A DNA stretch of 62,763 nucleotides, filler included, from Bipalium vagum (Eukaryota), in assembly GCA_037834085.1 (NCBI GenBank). It is 3 parts of 3 records of this genome, joined end to end, with 100 filler letters (N's around TTAATTAATTAA, not from the genome) between each part and the next. Parts side by side here need not be neighbours in the genome. Positions count along the whole stretch, not along the records: positions 46,672 to 62,763 come from JBBMKC010127699.1; 2 more parts are not named here. The stretch is one strand, 5' to 3'. Shown in pieces: positions 53,729 to 62,763 of this stretch (position 1 is its first letter; each line of letters starts with the position of its first letter). Position numbers and translations under genes: made by a program. The notes beneath the pieces are model-generated. The model was not told the DNA's origin and ran no database searches. It worked only from the letters and a program-made list of their open reading frames with translations.

Positions 53729-54054
53729 TAGAAACGTGCAAATCGAATATAAATTTGAGTGACAGCATTTGCATTGGTTTTGGTGTTGGAGACATCAGTA
53801 TGAAGCAACAGATTTCCTCAGCTATCCTTTTTATAACTTTTCCGCACCCTGTTTCAAAAGAAATTCATTTCACAATCAAATCACGACAGTCATCTGGTAA
53901 TCAAAGTCTGGAGTTCAGAAACCAAAAAAGAGAAATGAGAGTTGATATAATCTCAATTATGGAGAAATATCAAGAATCAATCTTTTCTACAAGACAAGAA
54001 CTTCAAATTGACTGTAAGCCTTACTGTCCAGACTCTCTATTGAAAAATACCAAG
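53729..54054 (+). CDS. TGF-beta ligand, exon 2 (prodomain)
   Basis: ttctgtAG acceptor in phase 1, open frame VETCKSNINLSDSICIGF...ISSAILFI...LQIDCKPYCP...NTK. Donor AAG|GTTTTC to a 47-nt intron. Confidence 0.78.
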
Positions 54055-54101
54055 GTTTTCATAACTCGCATTGACTTCAACGTTAATTTTCATATTTGCA
54101 G

Positions 54102-54300
54102 ATGATCGTTGAGATCACTTTGAAATCACGAAATTTGATAATAAGAAAATCTCGCTCAGTTAATTCTGATACGATGTGCTTTGGAAATGAGATATTTTGC
54201 TGTAAAAGAACATTCCTAGTTCGACCCAGAGATATTGGGCTCAACCGAATTGTTTATCCAGAAATGTTCAACCTGAACTATTGTTCTGGAGAGTGCAACA
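54102..54300 (+). CDS. TGF-beta ligand, exon 3 (furin site and start of mature domain)
   Basis: tttgcAG acceptor; RKSR site then SVNSDTMCFGNEIFCCKRTFLVRPRDIGLNRIVYPEMFNLNYCSGEC. Donor GTACAT to a 50-nt intron. Confidence 0.92.
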
Positions 54301-54350
54301 GTACATTTCATGAAACATTGTCTTAATGTTTCATTTTTGATTTTTTTCAG

Positions 54351-54565
54351 ACTATGTTAAGACAAACGGCTATCGGAAAGTGATTTCAATTCTAAGAAAG
54401 TCAAAAAAATCCAACTTATCCCCTTTGCAATTAGAATCAATGAAAAGTTGCTGTGCTCCCGAAAAGTACGATGCTTTAGAGCTGATATATATGGCCAGCA
54501 ACAATAACACTTTTCAGAAAACAATATTGCCCGATCTTTTAATTTCTAATTGCGCTTGTATATGA
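54351..54565 (+). CDS. TGF-beta ligand, exon 4 (cystine-knot C-terminus)
   Basis: tttttttcAG acceptor in phase 1: NYVKTNGYRKVISIL...KSCCAPEKYDALELIY...KTILPDLLISNCACI*. AATAAA at 54590-54595. Confidence 0.93.
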
Positions 54566-54859
54566 ATATTTTGAAAATTTATTGATCATAATAAAAGGTT
54601 CACCACATCAATCATTTTTTGCTTATCTCCTTATTAATGGTTATGAAATGTCGAATCAATCCCCTCATTAAAAAGACTTTGATCTCGAGTTTGTTTGAAA
54701 ACTACAGTACTATATTAATAATAATAATATATACATTCGAGGACAAATACTTGTATACACTTTAACAAATATTTTAATATGAAAACAATTTTCAGTTTTA
54801 AATGTGTGGGCCATGTCCCATAACTGGTTAGTTAAAGGTTGGGTTGCACTTTTCCAATG

Positions 54860-54925
54860 AAGTTCTTAGAATTAAGAAACGCTCGTCGCTGAATATCACA
54901 TCTCCCCATTTATCTGCATCTCAAG
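54860..54925 (-). mobile_element. Tiny Tc1 transposase fragment
   Basis: DADKWGDVIFSDERF (W..VIFSDES.F motif). Confidence 0.55.
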
Positions 54926-55149
54926 AACTCTAGGGAAAGTCTTTTTAGATTTAAAACTTTATTTTAATGTTATAAAAAATAAAATATTTATACAAACATA
55001 AAACTATAACCATATTCAACAAATATGGAATATATATGTGGGTGACTTAAAAAAATTCAATCCATTTTCGTTATGGATGGTTTTAAGTTTAATTGCAAGC
55101 AATCTGTGAGTTAATTATTCGAAAAAATTCTAAATATCAATTGTTTTAA

Positions 55150-55935
55150 TAAACTTAATAAATGTAAAAAAGTCCAAACAAGAAAGAAATTAGGTACATT
55201 CTTAAAGTTTATTCCCTTTAAGGAAAAGCTACCACTGAAACTGCCAAAAAGATATGTGATGTATATGGAGCTAATATTGTATCAAAGATAGCAACCAGAT
55301 GAATAGTTTGATTGGTTTAGCAGTGGCAACTTCGATGTGACAGATGCACCTCTTTCTGAAAAATCAATATCAAATAAAGTCGTCGAAATCCAGAAAATAA
55401 TCGAAAAAGATTGTCATATAAGCAGTTATGACATTGCAGAAACTCTGGAATTTGTCAACAAACTGTATTAAAACATTTTGAAAAGCTTGGATACACAAAG
55501 AAGCTTGATATAATTTATCGGAAAAAAACTTAAGTAACTGAAATTTTGCCTGTTAAAATTTATTGAAACGACACGGAATGGAAACATTTCTTAAACAGTT
55601 GATAACAATTGATGAAAAATGGATAATGATAACAATGTGAGAAAAAGATCCTAATCAAAAAGCTGTGAAACTCCACCGACGACTGTAAAGCCAAGGTGCT
55701 TACTTCTTGACATCTAAGTAACTGATGCCCGTATGGTAGGATTGAAAATAAATCGTGCATTATGAACTGCTAGAACTCGACCAAAAAATATTTCAACAAT
55801 AATCTTTTTTGCACAATTAACAAGGTTATATCAATCAATTCAAAAAAGGAGCTAGAATTGGTCAACAAAAAAGGCAGCATGACTCAGCAAAAATTGGGAG
55901 AACTTGTTTGGGAAGTTATGTTGCACCCACTGCTG
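55150..55935 (+). mobile_element. Degraded mariner transposase
   Basis: KKEIRYILK...ETAKKICDVYG, WFSSGNFDVTDAP, HFEKLGYTKKLD, FLKQLITIDEKWI, IVHYELL, QKLGELVWEVMLHP. Confidence 0.88.
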
Positions 55936-57059
55936 AAATACGAACTCCCCGTATATCGTATTTCCAATCAAAAATAATTTTCAAAAACTTACTTGTATAA
56001 AACAATTTCAATAAAATAAAATTACAATTGACATGTGCTACAACCACTATTAAAAATTTAAAATACTTCTTTCATTTTGAACTCACAGGACTTTGTAGCC
56101 TTTAAAAATACACTTTCAAAATATGCATTTTTGTTTACCTGACTATTGTCATCAAACAGTTGGTTCAAATGATGGCAACATCATTGAGTAAATACAGTGA
56201 ACTTTCTTTTTCTACTTTCAAATTTATACCATTCAAAATAATTAAATACAGTTCTCAAAATTTGATATGCAAAAAGATGAAATATTGATATATACATAAC
56301 TTTAGGGCTTTATTTTTAAATAATTAAGAAACAATATATATTTTAAAAATGAAAAATAATTTTGAAACAGTGAGAAGAAAATATAATAATTTAGATATAA
56401 TAAAAATGTATTAATCAATATTCACTATTAATTAATAAAAAATTTAATTGAAAAAATTCTTTTGATATTTAAATATAAGGTGTGTGAATAATTTTCCAAA
56501 ATCCAACAAAAGCTGCGTGGTAGTACATAAATGTGGTAAGTACTATTTTAAGATATGATTAATTATTTATCAATTTAAGTGTAAAAATGTTTTGTTTAAA
56601 TATTCAACATTAATAAAAAATTTAATATGTACAAGTAAAAAAATTTATGATTTTTATATATAAATAGATACATTAGGACTATTTGGCCTAAATGTAAGGA
56701 AATCAAAATATCTGTTAAAAATTGGGTATAGATCAGTAGGATCATTTGTATATTACCAAATTAATTATCATTAGACAGATCAATCGAAGTTGTCAGTTCT
56801 GTGGAATAATTTACATTTGAATATAAAAGGTGGTTGGCAAGATAAAAAATGTATATTTTCAAAGTATAATAATTATTCCTTCGTTTAAATCTTGGCTTCC
56901 TTGATTACTTACAAATAAATATATGCAGTTTTAGTAAAATTAAACAAAAATTTTGTAATTTAAATATATGCGAGTGAAAATAACTATAATTAGGTTAATA
57001 ATAATCCTATATTGTGTAAAGTTGGTTAGGGTATAATTTTTATCGTTAATGTTAATATA

Positions 57060-57415
57060 CACGGGGTTTCATAAATATGTATACTCGCTTACCTTACAAT
57101 GCTACAACAAAAGTTCTGGCCACAAATAAGCAACAGTCGAAAGCTGATAGATTCATTCTTTCAACAGGATAGAGCTCCGGCACACTGGAGTATAGAATTA
57201 AGGAAGTTGGTTAACAAAAAATTCCAAATCATTGGATTGCTCAATGTGGTTTTTTTCATAGCCTCCAAGATCCCCGGATTTGATATCGCCAGAAAAGGTT
57301 TATTCCTCAAAACCAAGAAAGCATCGATTGAAAGAGAAATCAGTCTGATTCCAGTAGATCTTTGTCAGATTACAGAAATGTATATATGTTCAATGAATGC
57401 AAACTATTTTAATAT
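57060..57415 (+). mobile_element. Internally deleted DD41D-like Tc1/mariner relic
   Basis: TA|CACGGGGT terminus-like start, then FFQQDRAPAHWSIELRKL. Confidence 0.65.
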
Positions 57416-58379
57416 ATAATGACTTAAAATTTATCAACATTATAGTACTCACTATCTAATATTTGACTTGAATCAATGGGTCTAGGAGTCTCATCAATTA
57501 CAAATAATTTTCCTGCACCGGGATAAACTGAGATTTTTTAAAGCCTCCCAAGTGATTTTTTGCACGTTCTTTCTCACCTTTCACATATTTAGATGACAGG
57601 TCTTCTTATTAGTTATAATTATCAACTTTTTTTACATCTGAAATTGTAGACTTTTTAATTTACAATATGTTAGACATACATTCGTGTTAGGATTGCATTT
57701 ATAAAGGGTTTTAATCTTATTTAATTGAATATTAGTCAACAAGGATTTTTTTGATCCAAAAATTTTTGAGTAATTCACCTTGCCCGTATCAGCATAATGT
57801 TTTAAAACACATGAAAATAATAATAAGCATGAAATAACTATATTCAATCCTTCATCCATAAAATGTTTAATTATTATTTTCTATCTTCATTTTTTAAATA
57901 AAAAAATTCAACAATTCTGATTGCATCTTCTTTAGACTTTTCAATTTCGTTATTGATAAAATTTTAAAAATAACAAATTAACATAATACATATATTTAAA
58001 ATGATAAAATCAAACAAATTAAATACAATGAACTTGTAGGTTTACTAGGAGAGTTAATTTTAAAAAATACGGCATTAAGCCCGTACACTTTCTATTTTTA
58101 ATTTATGTTAAACTACTTTTATGAAAATTATTTTAAAAACCATGTATAATATTATGTGACCCGAAAAGAAACTGGGCATTTTTCAAATATCATTTTAATT
58201 TTACTTATTTGATATTAAATCAAATGCTTATAAATAAAATTAGATTTAATTATTAAGTTAATATTTAATCGATTGTTTTTTAAATAATGTCCTTGATAGA
58301 TACAGAAGTCTATGATGATTATGATTTTAAATGGAAATCTAATAACACGTTAGAAAAAAATCATTTTGGAAGAAAACTT

Positions 58380-58900
58380 TCACTTCCAATGAAAAGTAGG
58401 TTTTTAATGAGAATCTCACCATTATCTTCAATAGATGATTAAATGTGTTTATTGTGTGACTGGAAGAGAATTGCATATTAAGAGTTACTTGATTATAGGC
58501 AAACTGTTGAATCAAATTACTACTGTCAATAATTGAAAGGACTGGCTGATATACAGTTGCATACTCGCCCAGATTTAGTCAATTAAAAAGGTATTAGTCT
58601 TCTTCACGATAACGGTAGACCACACCACTCCAAAGTTTTTAAATAAAAGATCCGCAAGTTAGGCTATGGATTGTTTTCTTAACCAAACTTATAATCTTTG
58701 CATGTTGACATCAGATTATTATCTTTTCGACCTTTTTAATGAAGTCTACTAAACATTTGGCTGATGATGTCCAGACCTTGATGGAAAGCAGACGATTATC
58801 TGTAATGATGAAGGTAGATAATTGATTGATATTATTTTGTATTAAATATGTTGTTTTCAAACTTTACATTTTAATGGCCGATTCCTTTTCGAAGAACTTA
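58380..58900 (+). mobile_element. Degraded mariner transposase 3' half
   Basis: DWKRIAY*ELLDYRQTVESNYYCQ*L...RPDLVN*KGISLLHDNGRPH...SDYYLFR. Confidence 0.85.
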
Positions 58901-59299
58901 ATAATTTTCAATCATATATTGTTCCTTTGTAGATTATTTTTACTATTCATTAAGTATTAAAATTCTTTGATTCACTCTAAAATATTTTTATTTATCAGCC
59001 ACCTTTTATCAAAAAAAATTAATAACAAAACCATTTTGTTAATATAGCGTGTTGTAATATTTTGGAAACATGTCAACGAGTTTTTATAATTTTTTCCAAA
59101 AACCTTTTTTAGTGAATCTTTATTTAACATAAAAATTTTTAATTATGAATTAAAAGAAATGTAAAATATTAAAAATACGTGTTTCTAAATTTTAAACGCA
59201 TTTGATTAAGATCATAAAATATCGTATAAAGGAATAAAACAACAATTTTTAAAAAAAAATTATTTAATAAATTCTTTATTATTGGTTAACACCATAAAT

Positions 59300-59880
59300 A
59301 TTCTTTCGAGAACGCAATTATTCAAATCCTGAAAGAGCTCTATAGTTATTAGGCTCTATGCATGCACTATGGCTTCTTTCAGTTGATCTTAATTCGAGAA
59401 TTGACGGCCTTCCAGGTAAACGCGTCTGGATAAAGTCTGGATAAAAGGTTTTTATGGGATTAACATTTGGAATATATAAGGCCCATTCGAGAATTTTTAT
59501 ATTTTTTGTTTCCAAACAAGATCTAGTCGATCTGCTTTTGTGGATACTACATTTATCATGTTGGAATATCCAACCTATACCCGGAAATTTGAAGACCAAT
59601 CGATAATAAATTATTTGCCAATATATTTTGATAATCCGAAGAGTTCATTCTTGAACTTTAGAACACAATATCAGTCTTGCCTAGAAAACCAAATCCTTCC
59701 TAGTTCATCACCAAACCACCATCTTATGCTCTTTTGGAACAAATTCTTTACTCATTTCGTAATTCATGTTAGTAATGTTTAAAATTCTCATGTTCATCCA
59801 GATTCCATTTCTTATTACTGAAAATATCTTTTTTCCCTTTTTCTCCCATTGAGAGTATTTTTTGTGCCAATATTTATAGG
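59300..59880 (-). mobile_element. Degraded Tc1 (DD34E) transposase
   Basis: WIFQHDKCSIHKSRSTRSCLETKNIKILEWALYIPNVNPIK (FQ.DN...H...W...SPDLNPIE motif). Confidence 0.8.
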
Positions 59881-62424
59881 TTCAGAAAATGTTCTTCTTT
59901 AAATAAATTCATCCATTTTAGTATATTATAATATCCTTGACTTTCTATTTTAAATCAAATTGTTTTTTTTTTGATGCCCGGACACTGAGATTATGTTTTG
60001 CTGTTGCGATAGAAATGGATTTGTTGCTCATTTCATTGAAATATGAGGTAAGGTTTGATGTTAATTGTTAAATTTGATTAAACCAACAATATCAATATAT
60101 CGGGTTGTCCGGAAAATTCATGTGTTTTTTCAATAAATCCATTTTACTAGAATTTCATGTACTTAAACAAAAGAGAAATATATACTTTATATATGGCTTA
60201 AAAGCTTAAATATGATGCATCTCAGATTTAAAAATTGTTTTAATCGATTAAACGATATTTAGATTTGGTTGCATTGAAATGTGAAAATTAAAGTATCACA
60301 TAATTTAAGTTCGAACTCTTTCCGATATTTAAAAAGCAAGTAAAATAAAACAAGTTACAAATAAATATTTTATTTTTCTTTAATTGGTTTTAATTTGAAA
60401 TATAAATATTTATCAAGGATAAATAAATTCAAGTTACAAGACAGTTAGTAAATAACAATAATTAATTATTTTATGAAAAAATAACAGTTAGCCTTAAAAT
60501 ATTACATTCTGGAGAAAAACTCTTATTATTAACGCAACGCTTTTAATTATAAATGAGATTTGGTGATATATTTTAATCGCAATAATTTAATTGTATTTTT
60601 TTATTGAAAAATATTTTGATTAAAAATTTAATTAAAATCAAAAAAACTGACAATTAACGTAATATTTTATTATTTGTCAAAAAATTTAACAGTAATTTTT
60701 AATTATAAAAATCGACGAAACTTTAGTCGTTTTGAAATTTAATATACATTTCATTTTTTAATGTCGTAAAATATTTATTTTAATAAATTACAAAATAATT
60801 ACGGAGAAAAGAAATAAAGAGATTTTGTTTCTGTCGCAAAATTGCTGGTCACAGAAGAAACATTTCAATAGACTTCTCAAGACGGATTAACATATTTCCG
60901 AAAAGTTTATCAGAAAAAAATAACCTAATAACAAACTAATAAATATTTTGAATTTGCAACAATTTAATTTAAAGATCTGCATAATTTTTCGACAGAATCT
61001 GGAGAATTTTCTCTCTTGGCTTGGGCGTCTATTTATTCAATTAAGACACTTAGTTTGATTACTTTCATCGATTTCTTTTTATCATATTTCTCCTTTTCAT
61101 TAGAGATTTTCGACCTTGTAATCATGATCATTCACAATTTTCTCCGTTCCAAAAAAATTAATATATTATTTTTTTTTAGATTAATTAATATGATCATAAT
61201 TTAATTATTACCAGGAGAAATTGATACCCGGCATTTTTAATGTTAAAAAAGATTATTTAAGTCAATATTATATTTATAATAAAATAAATAAAATGGTTTA
61301 ATTTTCTTTTTAAAAAAATTAAATGTTTAAGATATATAATATAATAATAAATATATAATAGGATTCGGAAGAAATAAAAATCTTGTTTTAATAATTAAAA
61401 ATATGGTCAGTGAAAACCAATGAAAAAGTGATACCATAAAAATTTTAGGTTTGTTTGAAAATCATGATTTTTATTTTATTTTTAAGAAATAAATAAAAAA
61501 ATATGTATATGTATATATGTTTATATGTTCAAATTCTCTTTATTTTCAGAAGAAACACTTATTGCATACAAATTAGATGATTAGATAGTGATAATTTTTA
61601 AAATCTTCGTTATCAAAACACAGGAAATATAAAATAATGTTCTTATGAAAAGTTTTTCATGAATTAAATTTTTTTTTCAAATTCTATGACGACGAATTTC
61701 TGTGAGAATTACTGAAGCTCTAAAATTATTGATTTATTTATTCGGGTGCTTGATTATCTGAGGTTATATTTTTTTCTTGCTCTTTTTTATAATAAAGAAA
61801 ATACATTATGAAGTTGATTAATTAAATATTTCTCAGTTTTAACAATCTATGATGGACCCTTTGTTACAGGAGAACAAAATTAATGAACCTAGGTTTTCTT
61901 GATATAAATGGATGCTGATGAAAATCACAAAAATTAAATCCCCAGAATTTTTCGAAAAATTTTAAATTTAATAATTTATAAATTTTACAGCGAAAAGTAA
62001 AACTTTTAAAAATATTTAAATTATTTATTAAATAGTGGTTAATTATTATTTGTTAAATTTAACCCAAAGCACAATCAGACTTTATTTATCTTAAATAAAT
62101 AATGTAATAATCTTCATTAAAAATTAAATCAACAGTTACAGATAAAGGTTTCCAGGAATAAAAGAGGTATATGTCCCAGTTATCATACTTGGTCAAACAG
62201 AGAAAAATATTAATAATTTCAGGTTACACAAATAATTGAAATAAGTTTCCCACAAATTTTAGGGAACATAAAGAATTCATCCTGAAAATAGTATTACGGT
62301 TTAATGTAGAAATTTGGATTTATTATCATTTATTAATCGCCTTAATTTGATATATAAGGAGGCCCTATGATCATCTTTAGAAATTAAAGAGTGAAGTTTT
62401 AATCAAAAATTGAACTTTTCAGAC

Positions 62425-62660
62425 TTTCAATGTCCTGCACGTTACCTGACCAAACAGCACCAGATATTTTCCTTCGGGACTACATGAAAGTCCTGGTGTA
62501 TATTAACAGCTCCAAAATTATTCAATAGCTAAGGACAGCATTCAAGCAGACCTTCAGGAACTGCATCCACACACATTCCAAGAGCAGTCATTAAATTTTT
62601 TTAAAGAACTCCCACTTGCGAAACGAACAAGGGTTACTTATGTGATATCTTTTTTCATAA
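62425..62660 (+). mobile_element. DD41D-like Tc1/mariner C-terminal relic
   Basis: PDQTAPDIFLRDYMKVLVYIN (SPDLTAPDFFLWGY.K..VY motif). Confidence 0.7.
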
Positions 62661-62763
62661 ATAGTTTTAAAAAATGATTTTTTTACTTAAAGCTTGTCCA
62701 CGATGAAATTGTCGCAGTAAAAAGCCGTGTATTTTTTAAAATGTGTTATGATATGTCAATAAA

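Overview
This is very AT-rich eukaryotic DNA, probably from an invertebrate animal. It has spliced genes, long low-complexity A/T tracts, four assembly gaps and many decayed transposons. Host genes I can support: (1) a complete 4-exon, about 344-aa activin/myostatin/TGF-beta-type ligand (52108-54565, +) with 9 mature-domain cysteines but an unusually divergent finger-1 motif; (2) two exons of an NCS-2-like neuronal calcium sensor (25819-26091 and 40355-40543, +) separated by a 14.3-kb TE-filled intron, with its first exon not visible; (3) minus-strand exons encoding an Ig-domain segment (23053-23265) and a proline-rich tail with an EFPPPP motif (16846-17120), possibly from one receptor gene; (4) a possible small orphan gene head-to-head with the TGF-beta gene. 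Mobile DNA includes a Tigger/pogo element nested in an older Tigger/pogo, a hAT (SPIN/Buster-type) fragment, many mariner/Tc1/maT/DD41D-like relics, the 3' part of an RLE-type (R2/NeSL-like) non-LTR retrotransposon and a possible Gypsy relic. I see no rRNA, intact tRNA or CRISPR array, and no clear new multi-gene system. The best leads are the divergent TGF-beta locus, the Ig/EVH1-motif gene and the RLE retroelement. All family calls come from motif recognition by eye, without database searches.
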